Shown here: positions 37,279 through 46,297 of the stretch, in pieces
Layout of the letters: each line of letters opens with the position of its first letter
How positions within the stretch are numbered: the first letter of the stretch is position 1
Assembly: GCA_964347335.1 (NCBI GenBank)
Contig: CAYFYO010000002.1
Span: 4,911 to 68,910 of the forward strand
DNA length: 64,000 nucleotides
Reading direction: 5' to 3'
Source: an uncultured Thermodesulfobacteriota bacterium
Lineage (GTDB): Bacteria > Desulfobacterota > BSN033 > WVXP01
Made by a program: the position numbers and the translations under genes
Notes under the pieces: model-generated
Seen by the model: only the letters and a program-made list of their open reading frames with translations
Databases searched by the model: none
What the model was told of the DNA's origin: nothing

Positions 37279-37569
37279 CTAACGCTGCATGCGCTCAAGG
37301 ACCAGCTTATATCCACCCATGCCATGATGAACCCAGTGTGCTACGCGGGTTATCGTGGCTGTGCTCGAACCGGTTTTCCTATTTATCTCACGATACGTCT
37401 CACCCGCAATGACCCTCTTTGCAACCTGAAAACGCTCTGCCATGGCCTGGAGCTCGGAAAGCGTGCAAAGATCGCGAAACAGTTTCTTGCACTCACCAGT
37501 CGTTTCCAGTTCCAGAATCGCCTCAAACAATTCTTTCATTTCTCTGCTGTTAAGTACTTTTTCCGCCAT
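37279..37569 (-). CDS. TrpR-family YerC/YecD-like regulator (HisR-like) at the head of the his operon
   Basis: 96 aa with the YerC/YecD TrpR-like fold sequence (...TYREINRKTGSSTATITRV...). Lies 76 bp upstream of hisS on the same strand. Stop is TAG. Confidence 0.65.
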   Translation of the reverse strand: MAEKVLNSREMKELFEAILELETTGECKKLFRDLCTLSELQAMAERFQVAKRVIAGETYREINRKTGSSTATITRVAHWVHHGMGGYKLVLERMQR

Positions 37570-37586
37570 GACCAGGTTTTAATGTG

Positions 37587-37633
37587 TTAATGTTTTAAAA
37601 CGTTAATATACACCCAGTGAGGCACTTTGTCAA
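37587..37633 (-). promoter_or_regulatory. sigma70-like promoter (TTGACA-17-TATATT) with overlapping 20-bp imperfect palindrome TTAATGTTTTAAAACGTTAA: candidate autoregulatory operator of the his operon
   Basis: On the minus strand the -35 TTGACA lies at 37633-37628 and the -10 TATATT at 37610-37605. The palindrome at 37587-37606 spans the -10 and predicted +1. It is 18 bp upstream of the yerC-like ATG. Confidence 0.45.
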
Positions 37634-38239
37634 GGAGAAATTCTCCTGAAGGTTTCTGACTTTTATGGAATGAATCGCCGTGACCATTTGAAAATTGAAA
37701 TGACTTCGATTCTGTCTGGTGAACTTCATTGCCCCCCCGACGCTCCCGAATCAACCCTTTCGAGGTTGTCGCATGAACCTGGGGGAGGACAAGAGAAAAA
37801 AGGGAAAGGAACAAGGAGAGGAACTCAGAAGAGAGTTCGGTCCTTTAACCTTTATCCTCTGACCTATGTGGGTACCCCGCTTCTCCCGCGAGTCGCTCGT
37901 GGGCGACAGCGTTCATCAGAGACTCAGGAAACTTCGCAAAATGCTTTTATGAACCGATCTCTCGAACAGCCTCCTCAGGGCTGAATGGGGCTTTCGGAAG
38001 GGAGGGCGACTTTCTGTCACTCTCGGATAACTGTTCTCTCCAGCGATCTCTCAGAGGCCGGAGGACAAAATGTCCGATATCTCGATAGATTGAATCAAGG
38101 GTTTTGGCAAAAAAGTTGTTTAAAATCAGGCTCTTATCAAAAACTGTCCATTCATTTTTGTTGGTACGGACTTTGCGATGGTTCCCGTAGCGACTATCCT
38201 ACCATCGGATTGATTGTGTCTTTCAGGAGGAGGAGTGAG

Positions 38240-39145
38240 ATGCAAGGTATCACAGGCCCCAGGGGGTCAGGGGACACGAATGGACTCCGGACAGTCAAGC
38301 TTCCAAAGGCCCTCGTGCTGATCGGCCAATGGATCATGAGGGTATTTGGCAAAGAGGAAAACGGAACTGCCAATGAAATCGATGGGCTCCTGAGTCTTCT
38401 CGAAAGGAATCCAGCCGACACAGTGGGCCAGACGAGGCCTGCAGAACCTTATTCACCAGCCGCGGATCAAGAATTCGCCGGCAGGGAGTATCAAGCGGCG
38501 GCCAACCATCTCAGTGCGGACGGCTTCGATCTCGAGGCCATTGCCATTTACAAGAGACTTCTCAACTCCAGTGGCGTCTCCCTGACCAGAGAAGCTTCGG
38601 CTTCACTGGAGGAGGCTGAAGACCTCCTGATGCGAGCGAAAAGGGCTTACGAGGCGGCCCTGCAGACAAACCCGCAAAATGATGAGGTCGACGAGTCTAC
38701 AGGGGCTTATCAGCAGACGACCTCGGAGCGGAGAGCGGACCCAGAACGATTGGAGATTCCTGAAAAAGAAGAGGCCGAACCCATCCCCATCGAGATGCTT
38801 CTCGATCGATCTCAAGATTCGAAAGCACCAAATGAGAGGGTGGAGGAGTATTCCGTGCAGCCGGAAACCCTTTCTTCCGATGGTCTAGCCCTTGTTAGCC
38901 CGAAAAGTGGTGATGGGGATTTCCATATTGACATCAATAGCGTCCAGATCGATGACGACCTCGAGGCCATCCTTTTCGGTGATGAGGCTGAACCGATTTC
39001 AGACGACCGCCCGACTCCTTACGCTTTCCGACCTCAGTCGGATGAAGATATTATCTATGGCCTCCAGAAAAAGCTCAGCGACATCAGGGCGCAAGCCAAA
39101 TCCTCGCCCTCCCGTTCGCCGGGGCGACCAAGCTCATCGGTGTAA
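38240..39145 (+). CDS. hypothetical acidic protein
   Basis: GGAGGAGG RBS before ATG 38240. 301 aa, Glu/Asp-rich low complexity with a Pro/Ser-rich tail. Confidence 0.45.
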   Translation: MQGITGPRGSGDTNGLRTVKLPKALVLIGQWIMRVFGKEENGTANEIDGLLSLLERNPADTVGQTRPAEPYSPAADQEFAGREYQAAANHLSADGFDLEAIAIYKRLLNSSGVSLTREASASLEEAEDLLMRAKRAYEAALQTNPQNDEVDESTGAYQQTTSERRADPERLEIPEKEEAEPIPIEMLLDRSQDSKAPNERVEEYSVQPETLSSDGLALVSPKSGDGDFHIDINSVQIDDDLEAILFGDEAEPISDDRPTPYAFRPQSDEDIIYGLQKKLSDIRAQAKSSPSRSPGRPSSSV

Positions 39146-39525
39146 GATCTCAACCGGACCCTGGACCCGACCTCTGACAACTCTCCGTGGCCAAGGGGGA
39201 TTTACACCCTGGATATGAACCGGGAAGCAAGAACCTCGACCGCTATCATTTCCAGAGGAGGGGGGGAGTACGTGGACATATACATGGACGCATACGCATT
39301 CTTGTTGCACTTCCTGAGATAATCGCATAATCTAAGTTCTCAAGATGGACACCCCATCGCTTCCACCATGTCACTTAAGGACAGGTGGATCACCTGAGAT
39401 GGAAAAACGCGCCGAACTCTAAAGCCCATCCAGATAAGCGGTGTGGAGAGGCTTTCGCCAGGAGTGAATTGAGGTGAGGACATCCCTTTCTCAGGGCTGG
39501 GGCATCGGAGGATGGATCTGAGTTC

Positions 39526-40239
39526 ATGGATATTATCAGAATCGAAAGCGTCGACAAAATCTTCGGGAAGATAAACGCGCTGAGGGGCGTCTCATTAAAC
39601 GTTCCCGATGGGTGCATTTTAGGCCTGATTGGTCCGAACGGCGCTGGCAAGACCACTTTACTCAACACCATCAACGGGCTCTACAAGCCTGACGGTGGGC
39701 ATATATATTTCGAGAATCGGGATATCACCCAAATGGAAATCTACGAGATCGCCCAACTGGGGATTTCGAGGACCTTTCAGATTGTAAGAACCTTTCGCCG
39801 GTTGTCGGTGATTGAGAATATGTTCGCCGCCACGATCTATTCCAAACATGAGAGTCGCTTTCATTTGGGACGGGCAGAGGCTCTCCTCGCATTTGTCGGA
39901 CTTCTGGAAAAGAGGGATCAGTACGCCTATGAGCTTTCCGGTGGACAGCAGAAACTGCTGGAGTTCGCCCGCGCTCTCATGCCAGACCCCAAGTCTATAC
40001 TTATGGACGAGCCCTTCGCTGGGGTTCATCCCGAGATAAAGGGTCAACTCCGAGACAACATCAAGGAGATGAATAAGAAGGAGAAGAAGACCTTTGTTGT
40101 CGTCAGTCATGACATGGAATCGATCGAGGATTTGTGTAATCGCTTAGTTGTATTGAATATCGGTGAAAAACTGACCGAGGGGTCGACCCAGGACGTCTTG
40201 TCCTCAAAGAAGGTCATCGATGCCTACCTGGGAGAGTGA
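39526..40239 (+). CDS. livG: branched-chain amino acid ABC transporter ATP-binding protein
   Basis: Walker A GPNGAGKTT, signature LSGGQQK and Walker B LMDEP. Confidence 0.85.
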   Translation: MDIIRIESVDKIFGKINALRGVSLNVPDGCILGLIGPNGAGKTTLLNTINGLYKPDGGHIYFENRDITQMEIYEIAQLGISRTFQIVRTFRRLSVIENMFAATIYSKHESRFHLGRAEALLAFVGLLEKRDQYAYELSGGQQKLLEFARALMPDPKSILMDEPFAGVHPEIKGQLRDNIKEMNKKEKKTFVVVSHDMESIEDLCNRLVVLNIGEKLTEGSTQDVLSSKKVIDAYLGE

Positions 40240-40955
40240 AAAAGATGCCCCTGGAAGTCATCAATGTCACTGTTGGGTACCATCGGGATGTCTATATCCT
40301 CAACGAGGTCTCTGTAAAGGCAAAAGACGGTGAAATCACGTGTATCATCGGGCCCAATGGTGCTGGCAAATCAACACTGCTGAAAACCATCTATGGTTTT
40401 CTCAAACCTCACAGAGGAAGCGTCATTCTCGACGATCGGGATATCACCCGTCTCATGCCTTACCAGACTCTCGGTATGGGGATCGCTTATATTACCCAGG
40501 ACGGTGGGATTTTGTTGGATATGGATGCCGAGGAGAATCTAGAACTGGGTGCCTGGCTATTCAAAAAGAATAAGGAGCGCGTCAAAAGGAAAATAGCCGA
40601 GATCTATGACAGATATCCCGTGCTCAAGGAGAGGAGCGGGGTGAAGGCACGCCAACTCAGCGGTGGGGAGCAGAGGATGCTCGAGTTGGGAAAGGCGCTC
40701 ATGAATGACCCCAGGGTAATCCTCTTCGATGAGCCAGTCGCTGGGTTAGCGCCTGTGGTCGCAAAGGAGATCTATGGGGAGATTGAGAAGCTAAGAGATG
40801 AGGGGCGAACCATCGTGTTGGTTGAACAGAACGTCAAGAAGGCTCTCGCCATTTCGGATTACGCCTATGTGATCGAATTGGGGAGGGTTCAATACCAGGG
40901 GACCGAAGATCAAATGGAACTGAGAAAGATCGTGGCGCCCTGGTTGAGGAAGTAA
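40236..40955 (+). CDS. livF: branched-chain amino acid ABC transporter ATP-binding protein
   Basis: GPNGAGKST, LSGGEQ, LFDEP. Overlaps the livG stop by 4 nt. Confidence 0.85.
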   Translation: MKKMPLEVINVTVGYHRDVYILNEVSVKAKDGEITCIIGPNGAGKSTLLKTIYGFLKPHRGSVILDDRDITRLMPYQTLGMGIAYITQDGGILLDMDAEENLELGAWLFKKNKERVKRKIAEIYDRYPVLKERSGVKARQLSGGEQRMLELGKALMNDPRVILFDEPVAGLAPVVAKEIYGEIEKLRDEGRTIVLVEQNVKKALAISDYAYVIELGRVQYQGTEDQMELRKIVAPWLRK

Positions 40956-40969
40956 GCGCTGTCTGTCTA

Positions 40970-41917
40970 TCACTTGAATTTACCTCTCAGTCTCGGCACG
41001 CTCTCCTCCAGGGCCCCGATAATTCCGTGGCGCATAAACACGACGATCCCGCCGAGAATAAAGCCCAAGATGATGAGATGGGAGAAGGGCGACTTTGCCC
41101 ACACAAAATCCTCGATAAGATAGAGGATCACCACACCGATCAGGGGCCCGACTAATGTCCCACTTCCCCCAAGCATGGTCATCACGATCACCATGACGTT
41201 TGTCTCAATATTGAATGCCGCTTCAGGGTAGATATAGCCGATATAACAGACGTCCAGGCCACCCGCTATCCCCATAAAGAAAGCGCTCAGGGCGAAAGCT
41301 CTGACCTTGTATCTCGCCGTGTCGATCCCCATCACTTTAGCCGCATCCTCGTCTTCCCTGATGGCCTTTAGGGCGATACCGTGCTTAGAATGGGTAATAA
41401 AGTAGACAACGCACAACAGTATTGCCGCGAGGGCCACCATGCCGTAAAAGCTCACCGTGGGTTTTCGAATCATCGGGACCGGGATCCCGAAGGACCCTCC
41501 TGCCAGCTCATCCGGTACGTTGAAGATCACCACCTTCAGGGCTTCGTTCAGGGCGATGGTGGCGATGGCAAAGTACGCACCCCGGAGCTTCATCAGGGGA
41601 ATCCCGAGGAAGAACGCGGCGAATCCAGCACCCAAGCCACCCATAATCAGCGGAACGATATAGCCATAGAAGGAAAACCCCATCTTCCAAGTTAGAATGG
41701 CGGCAATGTAGCCACCGATGCCGAAAAAAGCCACATGTCCGAAACTGATGTATCCCACATATCCGGCCACGAGATTAAAGCATTGGGCGAGGATAATGTA
41801 CTCCACCAGCAGAAAATAAAAAGTCAGGGAGCGGATACCCGAGAGGGGGGCCAGACCCAAAAAGGCGAGACATCCAACAAAGACGATGATCTCTTTCAGA
41901 CTGTATGTGGGTCTCAT
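40970..41917 (-). CDS. livM: branched-chain amino acid ABC transporter permease
   Basis: Polytopic membrane protein, 315 aa. Convergent with livF. Confidence 0.75.
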   Translation of the reverse strand: MRPTYSLKEIIVFVGCLAFLGLAPLSGIRSLTFYFLLVEYIILAQCFNLVAGYVGYISFGHVAFFGIGGYIAAILTWKMGFSFYGYIVPLIMGGLGAGFAAFFLGIPLMKLRGAYFAIATIALNEALKVVIFNVPDELAGGSFGIPVPMIRKPTVSFYGMVALAAILLCVVYFITHSKHGIALKAIREDEDAAKVMGIDTARYKVRAFALSAFFMGIAGGLDVCYIGYIYPEAAFNIETNVMVIVMTMLGGSGTLVGPLIGVVILYLIEDFVWAKSPFSHLIILGFILGGIVVFMRHGIIGALEESVPRLRGKFK

Positions 41918-41920
41918 TTC

Positions 41921-42811
41921 TCACCGTTCCCTAACGGCACCGAATAGGCCCGTGGGCCTGACAATCAAAATGACGATGAGAAGGATGAAGGCGACAGCCG
42001 GAGAAAGCGCAAAGGATGCGAAGAGGGTCGTTGCACTCTCGGCCAGACCGAGGATGAGACCGGCGGCGAAGGCCCCAATCGGGTTCCCCAGACCACCCAG
42101 TGCAACAACCGTAAAGCACTTTAGGAGATAGAAATATCCGAGAAACGGGGTAACTGGGGAGACGAGGGAGATGAGAACCCCAGCGACCATCGCATAACCA
42201 ACGCCGATACTGAAGGAGATGGCAAATATTTTTGCAGGATTTATCCCCGAGAGCATGGAGACATCTCTACTCTGCATGACCGCTCTGATCGCCTTTCCAA
42301 GGTATGTTCTTTTGAGAAATTGCTGAAGGATAACCCCGCAAATCACCGCCACGACGAAGGTCGCGAGCCGCGACGTCGGAATTTCGATTCCAACAACCGA
42401 GAGTGGCGGCATGACGATCGGAATACCCCTGATGTCTGCTCCCCAGACATTCAGTGCAGCCCCGTAGAGGATGATGGAGACCGCAAAGGTGAAGAGGAGC
42501 GTCATCATCTCCATCTCAAAATCATTCGAGGCAGACGCGATGATCCTGTCGATTACGGATCTGTAAATGAGGATTCCAACGCCCAACCCGATGAAGAGGC
42601 CCAGTACAATCGAGACCAAGGGATGAAGTCCGAGAAATTTGAAGGCCCAGTAGCTGACATAGGCACCGAGCATGATGAAGGCACCGTGGGCGAGGTTAAC
42701 GACTTTCATCACACCCCAGATGAGGCTCAGCCCGAGTGCTGCCAGGCCGTAAACCCCACCAATGAGGAGGCCATTGATGACAATCTGTAGGATTTCCCTT
42801 AAACCGATCAT
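41921..42811 (-). CDS. livH: branched-chain amino acid ABC transporter permease
   Basis: LivH-like permease, 296 aa. Confidence 0.75.
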   Translation of the reverse strand: MIGLREILQIVINGLLIGGVYGLAALGLSLIWGVMKVVNLAHGAFIMLGAYVSYWAFKFLGLHPLVSIVLGLFIGLGVGILIYRSVIDRIIASASNDFEMEMMTLLFTFAVSIILYGAALNVWGADIRGIPIVMPPLSVVGIEIPTSRLATFVVAVICGVILQQFLKRTYLGKAIRAVMQSRDVSMLSGINPAKIFAISFSIGVGYAMVAGVLISLVSPVTPFLGYFYLLKCFTVVALGGLGNPIGAFAAGLILGLAESATTLFASFALSPAVAFILLIVILIVRPTGLFGAVRER

Positions 42812-43011
42812 GGCGATACTGGTCGCTCAACCCTTCCGTCTCACTTCAGGCCATCTCACACGGGCGGGCGGTCAGGGCGAAGCTCAGAGGGCGGGGACGA
42901 GGTTAAGGCTGATAGGGTCTCTTTACACAGGCACCGTACGGTAGACTCCAGGGGTCAGATACGGCATGACTCAACCGTTCTCCTCGCATCTGACTCCTGG
43001 ATAAGCTATCT

Positions 43012-44262
43012 CTATTCCCAAAAAGGGATCGGATAGACCAGTTTCGCTTCTGCGAGACTGAGCGGCCAGACAACAACCAATTTACCGTCTTGCCATTGGG
43101 GGACGACCATCTCGTGGCCCACTTGAATGCCTGTCTCTGGGTCGATCTTGCAGCGCCCGTAGAAGGACATGAAGTCCATGTCATTGAGGGCCTTCCGGAT
43201 CTTGTCCGTATCGAGGCTACCACTCTTTTCAATGCCCCACTGGAGAGCGAGACCCGCCTGAAAGATCTGGGTTCCCCGGAAATCCGTTGGTTCTCCCCAC
43301 GTTTTCTTGAACCATTCGTTGAACGCTTTTCCCGTCATCTTGGGGCCATACCAATTGGGGAATTTTGCCGGATCTGGGGCGTCGACTGGTTCCCACTGTG
43401 ATGTGGAGATATGATAATTAGCGGCACTCCCCAGGGTCTTCCACCACTCGGTGGTAGAGGGGGCAGATCCAAACCCGATCAATTTCGTGTAGACTTTGTA
43501 TTCCGCGATCTGCTTGGCCAGCAATGCCCCATCCTTGAAGTGGGAAGCGGCCAAAATGGCATCCTGATCGGCCCCCTTCACCTTCGTCAATATGGGTGAA
43601 AGATCCGTTGGATGAAGAGGGTACACCTCATGAAACACCTCTTCAAATCCCAAGACCTTAGCCCACATCCTGATGCCATCCCTTATGGAGAGGTTAAAGG
43701 GGTTGTCCTCGACAATGATTGCGATTCTTTTGACCTCGGGTTTTAGTTTCGCCATCATCTCCATGGCGCTCATGTAATAGCGAGTCGATGGTGTGAGAAC
43801 ACCGATCACATACTTCCACCCCCGGTGATAGATCTTGTCCGAGGCCCCGGCATGAATAATCATGAGCTTCCCATACCGCTCGGTAACCGAAGCAGCGGCC
43901 ATGTTCAAGCCACTTCCATAAGGGCCGAGGATGTAGTCGACCTTGTCTTCAACAATCAACCTTTCGATCATCTTAACGGTAACGCCCTTGTCACTCTTAT
44001 CGTCGTACCAGACCAGCTCGATGGGGAGTTTCTTTCCGAGCTCCTTGACGTGAATGCCGCCTTTTTCATTCACCCACTGGGCCCACAATTTCGAACCCCA
44101 GAGCTCCCGTTTGCCGAATACATCATACTTCCCGCTCATGGACAGGGACATCCCAACCTTGATTGCATCCCTGTCCGCCCACGAAGGGGAAACTGCTCCG
44201 AAGGTCAAAACGCTCAAGATGAGAGCCAATGCAAGCATGATAACCAGGTATTTTTTCCTCAT
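43012..44262 (-). CDS. ABC transporter substrate-binding protein, Leu/Ile/Val (type I PBP) family
   Basis: Signal peptide MRKKYLVIMLALALILSVLTFGA. 416 aa LivK/J-like. Stop is TAG. Confidence 0.75.
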   Translation of the reverse strand: MRKKYLVIMLALALILSVLTFGAVSPSWADRDAIKVGMSLSMSGKYDVFGKRELWGSKLWAQWVNEKGGIHVKELGKKLPIELVWYDDKSDKGVTVKMIERLIVEDKVDYILGPYGSGLNMAAASVTERYGKLMIIHAGASDKIYHRGWKYVIGVLTPSTRYYMSAMEMMAKLKPEVKRIAIIVEDNPFNLSIRDGIRMWAKVLGFEEVFHEVYPLHPTDLSPILTKVKGADQDAILAASHFKDGALLAKQIAEYKVYTKLIGFGSAPSTTEWWKTLGSAANYHISTSQWEPVDAPDPAKFPNWYGPKMTGKAFNEWFKKTWGEPTDFRGTQIFQAGLALQWGIEKSGSLDTDKIRKALNDMDFMSFYGRCKIDPETGIQVGHEMVVPQWQDGKLVVVWPLSLAEAKLVYPIPFWE

Positions 44263-44415
44263 AATCGTTCCCTCCTTTTCCTCCTAAAGTTTAAGGCCAT
44301 GTACCCCCTTTCTTGAAGTCTCTCATCACCTCCCCCATTTGATAGGCTAATCCCTTGATTTAGCAATACAAAATCTCTGTCGTCTAGGCGAATATAGTTC
44401 ATCGTTCTCAAGGTG

Positions 44416-45231
44416 TCAACGATTATGATTCGAGGAGATGTCCAAAAAATCCATGACAACCTTCGCAAACGCCTCCGGCATCTGATCAACCATTGGAACC
44501 ATGCCGCCCCTAATGATAGCGGTACGACTCCCCTTTATGGCCTTGGAGAGGGGCTCCATTCGAGGAAATGAGAAGGGATCGTCCGTCCCTGCGAGGATGA
44601 GCGTGGGAGCCTGAATGAATGCGACTTTTTTTTCCATCGTATACCGACTGACTGCGTGGTGTCCTTCCTCGACCCTCTCCCCGACCTTGAGCGCGTCAAT
44701 CACAAATCGGGCGAGAAGGTCAGGGCGGGTTTTCGGATAGAAGTTCATCCTTTTCTGCCAGAGTTCGGTCAGATGCGATCCGTCCTCTTTCGGCTCAACC
44801 TGATCGATTGGAGGCTGCCCCTTTCGACGCTCCCGGTCGGCGGCATCGACATAGGGGGTCGAGGACAGAACCAACTTGCTGACACGTTCGGGGTATGAAG
44901 CGGCCACTTCAACAGCAATGACACCTCCGGTGTGATGCCCAACGATAGAGACGCGGTCAATGGACATCGCATCGAGAAAGGCGATGACACCTCGGCCATA
45001 GGCCTCGATTGAACCTTCCGCCTCGAGCCTATATGAATCTCCGAAGCCGATCGTGTCCATCGCGATAGCCCGGTACTTCTGACCCATGATGGGTAGGACT
45101 TCGCGATATTCGTCCCAAGAACGTGGGGTCTGATGCAAGAGCAAAACCGGCTTTCCCTCGCCGGCCACTGCAAAATGAATCTGGCCGTCTGGGGTCTCCG
45201 CAAAACCCCGCCGTATGACAATCTCTCCCAT
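44416..45231 (-). CDS. alpha/beta-fold hydrolase
   Basis: Nucleophile elbow GHHTGG. 271 aa. Confidence 0.75.
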   Translation of the reverse strand: MGEIVIRRGFAETPDGQIHFAVAGEGKPVLLLHQTPRSWDEYREVLPIMGQKYRAIAMDTIGFGDSYRLEAEGSIEAYGRGVIAFLDAMSIDRVSIVGHHTGGVIAVEVAASYPERVSKLVLSSTPYVDAADRERRKGQPPIDQVEPKEDGSHLTELWQKRMNFYPKTRPDLLARFVIDALKVGERVEEGHHAVSRYTMEKKVAFIQAPTLILAGTDDPFSFPRMEPLSKAIKGSRTAIIRGGMVPMVDQMPEAFAKVVMDFLDISSNHNR

Positions 45232-45249
45232 CGTAACACCAAAGGAGTC

Positions 45250-46297
45250 CCAAAGGGGTCAAGTCTGCTCTTGACTCTTTTTCAAGACCGCCATAAGCCT
45301 TTCAACTCTTTCCCTCAGGTTTCGATCTTTGTCAATGAGGGCCCTCATTCTCTCAATGACGCTACTGACCGAACTGTATTTGCCAATGTGAAACTCTTGG
45401 CCAACTTGTTTTAGACCGTCACCTCGCAGCCGTCGAGTCAAATAGATCGCCACGTTTCTCGGCTGATTGAGTGTCCCTCTTCTGGATCGCAGGAGATCAG
45501 ATTCACTGACCCCGTAAGACTCGCAAACAACCCTTTTGATTCGATCCGGATCAGGTGCAAGTTCTCTGAACTGGGGGACCTCATCATCGACTTCCCTGGG
45601 GAAAAACCTCCCTTTTATTCGATTGAGAAAAACCTCTGAGCCCAAAAGCGACGGCCACTTCTTACTCTCGAATATCTGGGCGATCTCTGCTTCATCTTCC
45701 AAAGACACAAACTCCCGGTACCTCCTTACCCTTTCCGTCTTTCTCTGAGATAACATGGAAAGGATATATACCTTGTGGAGCCAGTTCCATCTCTTTGCAT
45801 CCGATAAATAGCCTTTATGGCTACTCCAATCGTATCTTTCGAGCTTTTCCGCTAGGCCTGCCCTCAGGGGGTTTCGGTGAATGTATCGGACCAGTTGCAG
45901 TAGATAGCTTTCAGCATCAACGAGAATCGACTTGTATCGACCCCGAAACAGTTGTCCGTCACTCTGGTGAAGGCGGTTGTAGCGCTGGGTGTAAACACCA
46001 TCGATGTGTCGCATACATCTGGATATATTACCATCCGGGGTCTGGACGAGAAGATGGTAGTGGTTGGGCACCAAGCAGTAGGCCGCAACCCGAAGATTCC
46101 AGATCTCAGCGGTTTTCTTGAGAAGATGAACAAAAAGCGCGTAGTCCCGATGACTCCGAAATACGGGCTCACCCCGTCTCCCGCGGTTCATCACATGATA
46201 CCATGCATCTCGATACTGTATTCTCAGTGGCCTGGACATGTGGGAAGCGGTATCACAAAGATTCGATAAGAGTCAAGAGCAGACTTGACCCCTTTTT
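45250..46297 (-). mobile_element. REP-associated/IS200-like tyrosine transposase (RAYT) element bounded by 28-bp perfect inverted repeats and flanked by 7-bp direct repeats AGGAGTC
   Basis: Left IR 45252-45279 AAAGGGGTCAAGTCTGCTCTTGACTCTT is the reverse complement of right IR 46268-46296. Each IR is itself a hairpin (GTCAAG..CTTGAC). AGGAGTC occurs at 45243-45249 and 46298-46304. Confidence 0.7.
45259..46239 (-). CDS. Y1 HUH transposase (IS200/RAYT type) fused to a DnaA C-terminal-like HTH domain
   Basis: HUH motif VPNHYHLLVQ and catalytic Y region in the N-terminal 150 aa. The C-terminus VAIYLTRRL...YSSVSSVIERM resembles Bac_DnaA_C. The stop codon sits inside the left IR. Confidence 0.75.
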   Translation of the reverse strand: MSRPLRIQYRDAWYHVMNRGRRGEPVFRSHRDYALFVHLLKKTAEIWNLRVAAYCLVPNHYHLLVQTPDGNISRCMRHIDGVYTQRYNRLHQSDGQLFRGRYKSILVDAESYLLQLVRYIHRNPLRAGLAEKLERYDWSSHKGYLSDAKRWNWLHKVYILSMLSQRKTERVRRYREFVSLEDEAEIAQIFESKKWPSLLGSEVFLNRIKGRFFPREVDDEVPQFRELAPDPDRIKRVVCESYGVSESDLLRSRRGTLNQPRNVAIYLTRRLRGDGLKQVGQEFHIGKYSSVSSVIERMRALIDKDRNLRERVERLMAVLKKSQEQT

